Notes under the pieces: model-generated
Seen by the model: only the letters and a program-made list of their open reading frames with translations
Told to the model about the DNA's origin: nothing
Database searches by the model: none
In this document: piece after piece, positions 12,437 to 25,800 of the stretch
Layout of the letters: every line of letters begins with the position of its first letter
Position numbering within the stretch: position 1 is the first letter of the stretch
Position numbers and translations under genes: made by a program
Origin: Klebsormidium nitens
Taxonomy: Eukaryota; Plantae; Klebsormidiophyceae
Assembly: GCA_000708835.1 (NCBI GenBank)
Contig: DF237427.1
Span: forward strand, 1 to 64,000
Reading direction: 5' to 3'
Length of the DNA stretch: 64,000 bases

Positions 12437-13588
12437 GTACTGTGAATGCTAGCCTTGAGCAGATGTTGACACACGTACTTTGTGCAGCATTTGCTCCGAT
12501 AACTCGTCTTCATTGGCGAAATCATGTGGGGCCGGGCAGGCCTCCTACTTCTCTCTCTCAGCTCCGATGGAGTCGAGGGGTTTGCCGCATACGGCGATCT
12601 GTGTCAAAAGCGGGCAGCCGTCCGATGAGGGGTTCGCCGTCTTTCGCCGCATCCAGCAGCATATGACGTTAGCAACAGCTCATCAAATTGATATTCACGA
12701 GATTGTCACATCAAGAGCGGTAAAGGTAATTTTTATAAGACTGAAAAGAGTGTGCGCCGATAACTTATCCGTATGATCAAATCAGTAACCCGAAAAGACG
12801 GGGTTCGGTATATTGTTATTTTCTGTTTTGCCAAGCTTTGACACTGCAGCTTTTATTGTTGTTGTATGAGCAGTGGTCAGGGTGCCCGCATTAGCAATGT
12901 TACCTCGGGAATTTTTTCGTATGGAGGGGTCTGGCAGTCCGGCGAGAAACTCTGATGAGCATTGTGAAGCATCATGGGAGTGCTAGACAGCTCTTCGTTT
13001 GTTCGTATTGGAGAAAATCTGCAGCAGACAGGAAGCGGAGCTTGAGGGGAGCTAGGGGTTGTCAACTTGAGTGCGCAGAGGTTCCATACCTCCAGGTATG
13101 GCTATCTTGTCAAGAGAACGGTTCTGCTTTGCTTGATTATTCGGTGACTGGGGTTCCTGGGGAACCAAGCAATTCTCCATCCTACCTGCTTTGCCCGCGG
13201 CACTACACGTTTCCTGCCCTGAAAGCTTTGGTTGATTCCCAACATTGCTCTGGTAGCCCGGTAAGGGCCACTCGCTGTTGTCGGGCACTTTCTTCATTCA
13301 AACGGAGGGCACCCGTGCGATCAAGGCGCTCGCTTGCGTTTCATCAGCTGGTTCAAGCAATGGCGCGCCTGCACTCAACGGGCTCGCGCGTGTTCTCACA
13401 ATTCCTGCGGACGCGCCACCTGCGGCGCGCGTCTATAAGGCGGCCTCAGTTGATCCACGTGACCAATCAGTGTTGTCGATTTAAGTCTTTACCCGCAGCG
13501 CGCGCGCGTCTACGGTATAGCCAGCGGGCGACGCTGGCGGCGTCCGCGGCGCCCTTGCAGCGCGCGCGCATAAGCTCCGAGCGCTCAC

Positions 13589-15475
13589 CTGGACATGTAG
13601 AAGGACGGCGCCAAGCCGCTCGTGTTTCCTACAGAGAATCGTTGAGAGGTTTATGAGTGCGACTTGATTGTGCGGCAGGCCGGCGGGGATGATTTCTGAT
13701 GTGAACCGTAACAGCTCTCTTCTCAACTTAAGGGTTTTGTTCAGAAGAGAAGGGTCTTCCAGGAGATGGTTAGTCGCTCAGTAAGGCAAATACGGCTTGA
13801 ACCCGCACAGAAGCGTTATCTATCAGATGGACTTTGGAACATCCTTGAATCGACAGCTTCTCTAAAACGATGGCCAAGCTTAGGTACTCATATATAAGTG
13901 TTGGAGAACGCTGGTCCGGCGACTATTGGGCAGGGACGCCAGCCAAAACTGCGCAAGACTCGCCTTTCTCGCCCAAACAAAAGAAAAGCGCAACGCGTGA
14001 TCGACAGGGCAGATCCAGCAAGCCAGGCCTGAGCTTGGGGGCATTGCATGTCGGCTGAAAAAGCGCCGTACCCGTAAGAACGAGCGCTTTGTATCAGCGC
14101 GCCGCCGTACTCATTCTCTTCTAGGGTCACCCTGTTTCCGTGGATGCTTGCCTGGCCACCGCCTGTGGAACTCGATTGGCCAGCATGGAAAATTTTGTTG
14201 CTTCACTGAGAGCTAGGCTAAAATTCAACCCAAAGGTACAAAAATAAATCAGCAATCGAGGAAATTGTGGAACGGCTCCATGGCACACACTTCAAGACGC
14301 AGTGTTTCGAAAGACTCCAGACAAAGATCTCTAAATCAGAGGCTGGCTTAAGATGGTTTTGGGACAAGACGGGTACACACGTTGGATGCTTATACAGATT
14401 GAGCGTCGAACTAAGGAGGAGACGGGAATGATTCACGGCATGACCGCGGCCAAATAAATGACAGAGAATCTCCGTTAACCACCTGCTGTCACAAGAGAAT
14501 ACTCGAAATGAGACTTCAGCAGAATGCATTGAGGTATGGGCAGAATTGGACTGAAGTCAACTTCAAAGGGACACTCCTTGAAACCGTTCGAAAAAAAATG
14601 GAGTTGAACGGGCAGCGTACTTCCACACAGCAGCGAGCCATGCAGTTTGCCTTCAAGCTCTTTCTCACGTCAGGACAGCCGGTTCGTCTGAGCATCATTT
14701 TGGAAGGACGAAGCTTCTTGTTATCGACGTATATGATAGTCCCACTCCATTCATCCATCACACGAGCAGCAAGAAGCCATCAATGCACATGAAGTGCAGC
14801 CAGGCCATCGTTTACGATGCCTCACCATATTCCGCCGTCCAAGAGATTGGCTCGCTTTGTACTCCGGTACGGTAACCAGAAGGGCACTTAACAGACGTCA
14901 TGCGCGCGCACGGCCGCTCAACCAGCTGCAGTGCACCCTGGATATGTCCATTTTGGAAGAATTGAGAACGAAAAAGAAACGCAGAAACGCAGTCATACAG
15001 AGGCTTGAATCCGGAACCAAGTACCCGCATATAAAGGAAAAGCGCTTGACTAGCAGCCACTAGCAGTCATGCAGGATGCATGCAAAGGGATGGTACCTTT
15101 GCAGAGTGGGCATGAAGTGCCTCCTACTAAATTAGTCTGATGCTGCGGTCCATTTTGTCCAACCTGTGCTTGCAAGAGTCATATTTCCTCTGTTTCCAAG
15201 CACTGAAACCGCACGGCGCCACTCGAGATCAAACCGTATAATGTTGCAATCTGAGAGCACTCGCCAAAGTAGCAAGCTCCGTTAAATCCGAGGCCTAGTG
15301 AGCGAAATCTGATGAAATTTTCAGAAAAGCTGCCTTGCATGGAGTCTGCCAGTGCTGATAGAGTAGCATCAACCTGCCACAAGCGTCCGAAATTGAAAAG
15401 GTCTCTGAGAAGCGGTGGCAGGGGCATTGTGAGCCAGTTTGCAACACTCTTGGACCGTCGTACTAGGAAATCCAT
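13589..15475 (-). pseudogene. Partial glycoside hydrolase family 16 gene (EG16/XTH-like N-terminal half); probable pseudogene or assembly-damaged gene
   Basis: Exons 15475-15374, 14925-14826, 14162-14034 and 13628-13589 join to ...EPISWTAEYGGGQASIHGNRVTLEENEYGGALIQSARSYGYGAFSADMQCPQGNTSGLAPSFYMS. This matches the GH16 strand pattern and the EG16-type CPxGNTSGL motif. The donor expected after 14034 reads CT instead of GT. I found no exon encoding an ExDxE catalytic motif downstream. Confidence 0.55.
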
Positions 15476-17579
15476 GGCATTAGCAGCTTGATTTCAAATC
15501 GAGGCTATGCAATGGTCTGGCGCCAGCAGATCTCACAGATTATTCATCGATCAATAGAGCCGCCACACCCAATGGGCGGTCAGCTCAGCTGCAGGCCACG
15601 TTAATTAACTACACAATTCATGACCAACATGCCAAGCCTGCGCATGAGGAGGCTAGCTGATGAGATGTACACAGGTCGCCGAGCCGCGAGTCTTGAGTCG
15701 GGCGGTCGGCCATACCTGTATTAATTAAAAGAGGAAGACAGGTAGGCTCGCGCAAGCTGATCGCAATCATTCGCGAAGAGACGACTGACGGGCTTGTTCT
15801 ACAAAGTGCATTCCTGAATCTCAGTCGGCCAAGGGTCGAATACAAAAGAAGAGTAAAAGTATAAGTCAAGCAGTGTAAACAGAGGTGGAGGGATGCGAGT
15901 GTGGAAAGCTACAGAATTAGGCGCATTGCGGCCCCCGCTCCAACTAGTTTGAAAATAATTGATTGCAGACACTGCTTGTTGGAAGTTCGTTGAACTAGGA
16001 GGTGGCTTGGGAGCAAAGAGAACACATCTTATGTTCAGCTGCATATGCATACTGGCACCTTCTTTCAGGTGACTCCAACCTGCTGGCTAAGCCTGGTTCA
16101 GGGCTTAAGACAAGCATACCGCAAAATGTCATGCCAATCACTGAAGCAATAGACGCCTTGCCCAGAGAGTCAGAGACAGGATTGCAAGGTGGAGCGAAGG
16201 TTTCGAAAAGACCAGCGTGGGCATGAACATTCAAACAATCAATGATTTAAACAAATAAATAAACTGGCCATTCAAAAAGCTCATCAGGACCGTGAGAATC
16301 AGGTGTGAACAACACGCCACCAAGTAGAGTCTGCTTTTTGGATATTAAGGGAGCTGCAGGGCTTGGCATCTTATTCGGCACAAGTCATCCCAACCAATGT
16401 ATCAATCTAAGAAAACGAATAAGGTTATATAGCCCTCCTTTGCGGCATTACACCTCATTCCTTGTGGTCGCATTTGAACTTGGTTTTCTCAAATAGTGGG
16501 AATCGAAGGCTTCTTCGGCTCTGATTGTCCTGGTTTGTTAATAGTGAAAGCCCACAGTTCAGTATTGCTGGGTGATAATGTAAAGATTTGGCAACAAACG
16601 CAGCTTGCACACGGTGACTAGCTGATTAACAGACTGACAGACAATCCTGCGTATAGCATCTCAAGTGCTCCTGACGCTCCCAAAGGTCCCACCTTTTCTT
16701 GATCCCCACAGTTGGAAATAAAAGTGGGAGAAATTGCGACTAAGCTGAGCACACAATAAGCTGACTCCCACCCTTGACTTCGATCTGGCCAGAAACCAAA
16801 CGCAACGTCGCTGACTCTAGTGTACAAGGCTCAATGAGACAGTCAAGCTCAGGCTGACTAATCTCCAATAGACGCAGAATTTAGTTTTGTTGGCCAGATT
16901 GTCCTCACTCTGAGGGGTTTGGTTGTCACCGGAGAGACAAGCAAGTGCGGCATTACCACCTGGCGGCCCCCAACTTGCCGCGCTGCGCGTCAAAGCTGGT
17001 TGGGCTAGCTTGCCCTAAATTGCAGTGGCCGCGATCCTCCTCACTGCTCCCGCCGGGGGTACACCTGCTGACGTCATGATCAGTCTCCTGGAAGAGTTGG
17101 AAGCCGTGTCCATCATTGCCAGCTGCCCACAGAGGCCGCGGGCGCAACTTGCAGATGCCGCCATTGTCACTGCAGAGGAATGGAGCGAGGGTGACACAAG
17201 CAGCTAGCGGTGCGACGCAGCGCCGCAAGAAGAAGGACTGGAGCTTGGACGCCTTACAATGCCCAGCTGCTCAGCTGCCAGCTGCAGTTCAATTGTCTTT
17301 GAAGGTTAGAAGGTGGTACTCTAATAGTATTAGTAATGATGATAGTATTAGTCGTAGTGGTACAGTACTCTTAGCCTTTAGGTATACCGGGTAGTACCTA
17401 GAGGCTAGATGGGTCTTGCATGAAGTGAGCAAGGACGAATACACAGTGCACACTGAAGCGGGCCGGGTGGGACTTGGGTGGCAAATATACCGGTAGTAAT
17501 CAACAATCACGACGGCTAGAATTAATTTCTCAGTAATAGAGGTATTCGTGACGACACGGTATTATGTACCGGCAGGAGG

Positions 17580-17630
17580 AGCCAATCAAAGTCAGGAGTC
17601 AGGACGCTCAGCCAATCAAGAGCCAATCAC
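17580..17630 (+). promoter_or_regulatory. Cluster of three CCAAT boxes (AGCCAATCA)
   Basis: agccaatca at 17580, 17610 and 17621. No associated gene could be assigned. Confidence 0.3.
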
Positions 17631-19886
17631 AATGGCACAATCGGCCGGCCGTTGCGGCAGACTACCGCTAGCCGCCGGGAGCTGCCGGTAGCTGAGCGCT
17701 AGCCAGCTGTTAAAGTAGTTTGCCACGCGCCATGCCGTCAGTGCCGGCATGACACCGTTTTAAAACCGGTATTTGATACGGGAATGTGCGCTGTGTTTGC
17801 GATGTTTGCGGTGTTGCACGATACTGGCAACCGCCTAGTGTCTCCTGTTTATAGCCTGGGCTTGTGACTTGACTCCTAGGATTCAGAAGCCCCGGGCAAC
17901 ACAACTAAAAACCCTAATACCTTTGATACGCGCTCCGCACGCTACCCGCTCTTAGTAACCACCAGACTAACCCTACCCATTCGATCTTCTGATTCTTACC
18001 TGGCATCCCCTGAGGCCTTTGTGTGCTTTTGAAGACAAGCCTCTTGCGAGACAACTTGCAGTTGCCACATATGCGCCATGCGATGTCACTGTGTTCGCTG
18101 TTTATCCTGGCAGGCTCAGCCAATCACACTGAGACCGGTCCGGATTCGAGGCTTCAGGTTTTTGAATCCGAAGTGATTCAATCGCACTCAGTCCGAAATA
18201 TGTTCCAATTCACCGTCATTTACCCCGTGGGTGCTGAAGCCGGAAGTCATCGAGGATGAGAGGATCCCGCAATGGGGACCCAATGGGAATGAGGACCTGC
18301 AGAACGATGGATGCAAGTTGCAGAAGTTGATGATGAGATGATTCAACTTGCATGATTCAACGGTCAGTTTCAACACCAGAATTATATTGTATCTCATTTG
18401 CGGACGATTTGGATCGGATTCTGGATTCGTAGTACTCTGCTGCATGCCGGGCAGACGGTGTATATATGTGACACCGTGATCGCGAGTTGTTCTGATCTCG
18501 TTCTGCAATCCGCTCAGTTAGCTTCTTGTATCTGTAGTACACCTGTCTGAGTACTATCGACAGGGACTCTAACAAAACGGAACGGAATACTCATGTCATA
18601 TACAAGAGCGAGGGAATGTCATCGATTGGCATATGTGAATATGTTGAATACCCGTTGAATATGTATTGCTCATAATTTGCTCTCAATCAGAGTCTCTTAA
18701 AGGGGACCACAATTCCGGCCCGGGATAGGGCACCTTCTCCCTAGTTTCCTCTCGACGTTGCAGTGTTGCAGCCTCAGCAATCTGCATACAGGCTCCGGAG
18801 AGTCCGATCTTACCAAGGTCTCAATTACTTAAGCCTAGGGAGTCGAAGTTAAAGAGCAGGCTAGTGACCATCAGTGACCACGTAAAGGAATACGCTGAGT
18901 CGGCCCCAATGAAGCCTGCTGCCCGATACTGCCAATATAGTCGCCGCCGCGCCGCTGGCCCACACGCGGGCCCGCTAACTAGTATCTGTGACTTCGAGGT
19001 ATTCATGCAGCCCGCGGCCACCCTCCGGCTCATGCCCTGCCTCATGCCACCCATCCATGCACCCAGCTGTATCTGACAGAAATGATTAGTAATTAGGGCC
19101 GAAACAGGCCCCGGCTGCAGCCGACACCACTGGGGGAGTACGTACTACAATTGTACTAACAAGTGCGACAGGCGGCCGTGACCTTCAACAATATATTCAA
19201 CTGACATGCAACATATGGTGCCGGCCAGTACGTGTGGCACGCGGCGCCGGAATGCCACAAGACCTGGCATGCATAATTTAACGTCTACCGCATGCCAGGA
19301 CTCTACCTAAGCTAGCACGCACGGCAAGACGTACCAGTTCAAATACTATTGACGTACCAGTTCAACTATTCGATGGCAACCGGACCGCGGCCGCAGTCAC
19401 GTTCCCCGCGGCGCAAATGACCCGCGGCGCCATCATTTGCACGTCTACTAAGCTCCCACGTCGTTACGACGACCGCCAGGCTACGTGGTACGTCAATGTA
19501 AGTCGAGCTGCAATCAGCTAGTGGCAGGAGCGGCCGGCTTTACTTAGGCGCCATGCAAGATTGAACATGATGTTTGTGATCGAACTCAACGGCTGCGAAC
19601 ACGCACCGAGACTCCCGACCAGCTAGAGACTTTCAGTCTACAGTGGCTGCTGCGCCATATTCACAAGATCGGCCGTTTAATTCCTTCCACAAAAACCCAC
19701 AACGCGTTTTCGCCCGTTGCGCCTTAGTCCCACTAGTTTCTTCCCATCAAGTTCTTCTTTAGACACCGCCGATTCTATATCTACGGTGGGCACTCAATTG
19801 TCTCGACGGAATGTCGCTGAAGCTGTCTCCGGCACCGTCCGACACTGCGCAACGAGAGCATCATGCAAGCTCCCTATTCGAGATGA

Positions 19887-22800
19887 CTACCTTGTTTCAT
19901 CTTGCAAGGCTCTTGCGGCTTGCTGGATCCGTGCGCGCTCCTCAGCGACGAGCCTAGCCGCCTCGCCGGACCCACTCCCTAACTCAAGCTTCCGCTTCAC
20001 GACATCCCGGTATCCTGACACCGTATCACTCCTCGTCAAGCCCCGGGCAGTTCTTCCGAGCGGGCTCTCACCCTCACTATACTCGACCAAGGGCGACTTG
20101 GAGAGTCGCCGGTAACCATCCTCCGAGTCGGACGTCGCGGTTCCCCGCGGCACCCAGTCAGGGGACAGCATCGACTGGGAGTGATTAACTGTCCCCGGAA
20201 GAACGACACCAGGCCGGTTGCCAGTCTCCCTCCGTTCCAACACCGCGGCCGCAGCCGCTAACCGCCCCGGCGTCGAACCCTCAGCTCCTAGTGGGGGCCG
20301 TTTCGGTGTGCTCTGCTGACTCGCCGCCCGAGAGGCAGCTTGCAGACCTTTTATCGCCTCTAGTTGCTGTTGTAGCCGCTCTTCCCATTGAGCCCTCGCC
20401 TTCTGCTGTTGCTCCAACCGAGGAATCAAGGCCTCTCCCCCGGGGGCGTTCGCGAGCTCCGCCAACTCCCGGTCCTCTTCCGCCATCCGCTCGAGGTCGT
20501 TCCGGAGCTCCGCCAGAGCGGAACGGACTTCCTCTGCGTCCGCCATACTCTTGACCACCGTTTCCACACGTGCTAACCGCCCCTCGCTAGCGGCGGCCGC
20601 GCTTGCTAACGCCCGGAGCAGGCTCTCCACACCGGATTTGCCGCTCCGCTTGAACGACCGAGAAGCGGAAAGCGAGGATGACGACAGATTGTGACGCAAA
20701 GTGCTCTCCCAAGGGTCCGATGCCGCCTTGGGTCGTGCCCCGCCTTCGGCCGCGCTTCGGTCTCTCGGGGGGGGCAGATCACGGGTGTTTAAAAGGGGGG
20801 ACTCAGGGACCGGAGCAGGGGGGGGACGGCTAGCGGAATCGAGGGAGGAGTTGGGAGTGCGACGGCGGGTAGGGCTGGTGACGGACCGGAGGCGTTGCAC
20901 GACCTGTAAGAAAAGGGCGCGAAATGCTCAAAAGATGCGTTGGACAGAGAAGGCGACATGGGGGCAGTAGGTGCTGGTGGAGAATTCGCCGTAACAATAT
21001 GACGGCATGACCAGAACGGCAGGGCTCAGAGACGGTGATTTGTGTGGTGTAGAAACGAGTCTGAGGACCAGCATCCGGCGGATGTCATCCAACAAAGTCA
21101 GTTTAAAAACCACAAGCGACTAGAAAAGTCCTGCTTCAGCCAGAGCTAACAAGGAGAAGTCCCGCTGATCCTGCTCGATGACGGGCCCGGTGAGTCTGGA
21201 ACAAAGAACTCGAATGCTAGAACGCAAAACAGCATAACGGCGAATTGGGGAAAGGAAAGGTTGCACAACTGATACTGCCCTTGGAGCAATATTCAGAACT
21301 CTTGATCTCCTGCCCCTGATTTTCTAAACGAAAATCCTTGTCGACGGCCACCTGACGGCTGCGCAGGTCCTTGTTAAGCGGGAGCCCAAGTATCTCCAGA
21401 CTAGAGATAAAACCCATAAGTCTCAAAAAGCCCGTAAGACTTGACCTCTGTTTGCTCAAATCCAAAGAGACGACACACGACAGACCTGTTCTTCGACCGC
21501 CCCTCTGTCGATGGCCGCCCGTCGGCTGCGCAGCTCCTCGTCGATCTGCTGCTCTTTCAACTGCAGCCGAGCCGCCTCCTCTTGGAGACGCGCCTCCTTC
21601 TCCGCCAGCTTTGCTGCCAAGCGCTCCTGTGTTTATAAAGGCAGAAGATGAACAGTAGGTCGGGCAGAGACGACTATCTTTGAGCAATTCCTAATATCAT
21701 GGCTCCTTCGCGAAGCGTTTATTGAAGTCGAGCGTCATCAAAGACATGTATCCTTTCCTGCCAGTTTCGCTTGAGGGTGCTCCTGGATTTGGCAAACAAA
21801 AGAAGAATGTAAGGATGCGATCTCGACTAGGTATCCCATTTTCCAAATTCTGAGTGCTCATCCTCAGTGTGCGTCCCAAGCGCTGATCCTGGATCGAAGC
21901 CGGGCTATTGGAGACGCGCTTCGTATCCTGCCAGTATTGGTGGCCGAGCGCTCCTGTGTTACATGCCCGGAATTAGTGCGCCATTCATATAGTATCACAA
22001 CGTCCGCCGCGGTCAAGTTGCTAACCCTATATCAGACGTCAGAAGGACGAAATCAGTAGATCGACTTGGAAGCGACATCATGATAAAGGTTGCTCACCTT
22101 CTCTCTCGCCGCTTCCTGCTTGACCCGCTGCTCCTTATCCTGGACCGCTTTGAGCTTCTCCCGCTTCTCCTCCTCCACAGCCGCCCTCGCCCGTTCCGCC
22201 GCTTCCTTTTCCGCTTCCGCTTCGTTCCGCTCTGTCCGGGCGGACTTCCGCTCTTCCTCTATCTCTCTCTGCCGGGCCTTGACCGTCTCTTCTCGTCGCG
22301 CGAGCTCCGACCGCTTTGTCTCTAGGTCTGCGGCATGCTCGCGGAGTTCCGTCCGCTCCTTCCTGAGGGCGGAATGCTCCGAGCGGAGCCGCTCTTGCTC
22401 CTCTTCAAGCTCCGCCCACCTGTCAGGGGAAAAACATGATCTTATGCTCTTTTTTGGGAAGAAAAGTGAAAAGCTTTCCCATGGGAAAGAACCGAGCACT
22501 TGGTCGATCAATAAGCTTCGTAGCAGAACCAGAAACCAATCAGTGAGGGAAAGAGCTTTTGAAGTCCCAAAATAGCTGGCGAAGTGGAGCCAACCACCAG
22601 CTCAGCAGATTTGTCTAGCAGCGTCTCCTCCCTCAAAGGTCTGGCCGCTGTTGTATCGCCTCAATAGAGTCGAAGCTTCGAACTTACGTACAGAAACGTG
22701 TGCGTTCTTTATCACTTAGAGAGTTCCTTATCCAGCACCGCCCCTTCTACTTCCGCCTTGGCCACCTTGAGTCGCCGCGTGTCAGCTTCAAACACAATAA

Positions 22801-25800
22801 GCATGTGGGAGGGGGAGGGAACTTTGATAACGAACTCCAGAAGATTGTGCGTCGGCTTTCCTCCTCACTACTTCCGCATCCTTGTCTAGAACCGCTCGTT
22901 CCACCTCCCCCCTTGGCCGCCTTGAGTCGCCGCGTTTTCAGTTTTGAAACAAAACGAGCATATGGGCGGGGGTTGGGAACTCAACAAGGAACTCCAGAAC
23001 ATTGTTCGTCGGCTTACCTTTTAGCAAGTTCCGCATCCTTGTCCAAAACCGCTCCTTCCACCTCGGCCTTTGCCGCTATGAGTTGCAGCGTGTCAGCTTG
23101 AAGCAGAATGAGCCTCTGAAGCAAGGGGGCGGACACAGAAAAAGTAACCAAAATTTTGCGCGTCAGTTTACCATTTAGCGAGTTCCGCATCCTTGTCCAA
23201 AACAGCCCCTTCAACCTCCGCCTTTGCCGCCTTGAGTCGCCGCGTGTCCCCCTCTATGCGTTCCCTCTCCCGCGCCTGCCGCTCTGCAGTTGCCTGCGCC
23301 TCGGCGACCATTCCCCGGGCGGCCTTCAACTGCGCCGCGGCGGCTGCTTGAGTCTCGGCGACAGTTTTCTTTTCTTCTTCCTGCAAAAGGAATCAAGGCA
23401 TATTATCACTTCTCTCTACTCTTGAATCTTCGGGTGTTCAATGAGCAACCTGTTTGGCCAGGTCCAGCGCGAAAAGGTCAGGACAGATACGCTCGGAGAA
23501 GCCTACACTGCGGTGACCATTCCTGGGCAGCCTTCTATCTGAGCAGTCGCCAGCCGCTTGAGTGTTCATGACCGCGCGCTTCACGTCCTTTGATAAAGAA
23601 GACGAAACCAGTTTCCCAAGATCGCGCACTTCTTCCCCAAGCCGTAAAGCTGATCACCCTGAAACCCTTAACTCTAAGAAACATAGTCATTCCCAAAGAA
23701 AGGAAAAACAACCGATGTTAAGAATCTATCTAAGTTTGGACAGAGGACTGGGAGCAAGTAAAGGCATATGCTTATGATGGCCCCGTTCCGGAGGAATCGT
23801 CTCTGCACTTGTCCGCACTTCGGCGACCAATACCCGAACGCTGCAGCTGCGTGTTCAATTTAAATGTTTGAGCGACCAACAAAGAGGAGACAAAAGCCCT
23901 GGAAAAATGAAACAAGACTTACCAGCTCCTTTTTCTTCCCCTCCAGTTCTTCCTCCGCCCTCTGCAGCTTTGCCTTCAGCCGCGCCTGTTCCTCCTCCCT
24001 CTCTTTTCTCCTCTTCTCTAGTTGTCGCTCCTTCTCTTCGACGACCTCCAGCCGTCTCGCGGCCGCCTGCTGCGCCTCCTCCGCGCGCTCCTCCAAAGCG
24101 CGCGCGCGCTCGGCGCGCGCTTCCAGCTCCTGGCTGCGGAAGGAGGTCTTCTCCTCGGTGGTCATGAACTCCCGCTTCATCTGCATTTCAAGATGTGCTT
24201 GCTTGATTGTACGTACATGTTATTAAGAAAATCGTTTTACTTTTTCGTTATCTGTTTGAGAAGACAGGAACGCTTTGATTATGTATATTTAGACAGTCCG
24301 TTCCAAACGGTTCCAGCTCCGGGCTGCGAAAGCCGGTCTTCTCCTCGGTTCCTATGGATCCTCGCTATGTCTTTAAAGTCGGAAACGCTGGCAGTAATGA
24401 TACAGTTGCGGAAAGTGGCGGCGCTATCTGATAGAATGAAAGTCGACTTCAGACACGAACTGCCGGTTTTTTAGCTGAGGAAGGCGGTTTCCTTGGTCGG
24501 TGATACTGAATATCCCTCACATCTGCAAGCGGACTCAAAAGCGAAAGCATTTAAATTTTGCGAGGTAAGCCGAGAGGTTACGGTGATAAGAACGAGAATG
24601 TCAACACGAGCGTCGATTCAGAAAGCTTTCACCTCGCGCCCTAACTGCACAGACGGGCCTTCCACTTTGAAAAACCTCTGGTACCGGGACCCTCGGCCGG
24701 ATATATCCCATCCAATGATCCAAAAGAACATCAAAGCAGAGGTTCGCCTCAACAGTTGTGAACAAACGCCATCAAGAGCACCGCAACCAGTTACCTGCGA
24801 CTCTCTCTGCGCCATCTCCTTCTCCCGCCTCGCCATAAGTTGCTCCAACCGGGTAGCCGCTTCTTCCCGGTTAGCCACTTTCGCAGCCAGTTCCTCCACC
24901 GCTGACTCTCGGGCCCGAACCTCCGCGAGAGCCCCTTCAAGTTTCCGGGCCTCCTCTTTCGCGGCCGCCTCGCGCAGATTGGCGTCCTGTAGAGAAACGA
25001 GCTGACGTCTCAGCAACTGTCCTTTCTTAGGTTCCATACTGTTACTGCCAACTTCCGGGCACAAACGCCTGCGAGAGCCGCTTCGAGCTTTTTGGCCACT
25101 CCTTCTGCGGCCGCTTCGCGCAGATGGCGTTCTAAAAAGCAAGGAGGGGACGTTCAAGGCAAGCAGCTGGCGTCTAAGGGCATTATCGTGTTCGTCGACG
25201 TGTGTGCTTTGACGTGCGCCAGATACGCTTCGAATATCAAATAGGCAGGTCTCTTCTTTCGCGACTGTCTCGCGCGTTTTACCGCCTAAAGACGTTGTGT
25301 GAGCGCAAACTAAGGTCAGCGTATGTCACAAGTCTGGTGCCCTGGATGTGCATCAATCACGGCTTCGCATCCGCCGACAGCCGCCTTCAGAGAGTGTCCG
25401 GACGAGCAAAGAAAGGTCATTAGAGAGCATCAGCGTATCGACGCAGCAACGCATGCAACCACCGAGCTCACTGAAGAGAAGAAGCGAGCGAACTGCAGTG
25501 GAAGCTCTCGCAGCCGCTCTCTCACAGCAAGCTCTTTGTCACTTTGCCTCCCGCCTTCTCTGGGTTTGATTCGTACTTTGATTCGTAGTTTGATTCGTAG
25601 TTTGATTAGTAGCTGCAAGTATATGCTCCTAATAGATTGGAATTTTTGGACTGCGAAGCCAATCACAAAATCGGTCGCACGCTCTTCTGTCATAGCAGCC
25701 AGCCCTTCTTTTCGCTAAGCTGGTCGCTTCCGCTGCTGCCCACTTCGGCTTTCCAGCAGCTGAAACCTTCCCCAAACCAGAGCGGCAAGGCTTTCATAAG

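Noticed and set aside
12220-12525. N-terminal 102-aa extension of the 248-aa ORF 11779-12525
   Set aside because: It begins at a non-ATG codon, looks non-protein-like, and would bury the signal peptide. ATG 12219 fits the architecture.
16940-17400. Overlapping GC-rich short ORFs on both strands
   Set aside because: No recognisable domain, interrupted by stops, and no coherent exon structure.
17914-18300. Two exon-like minus-strand segments with AG and GT signals
   Set aside because: Phases do not join into an open frame and there is no homology clue.
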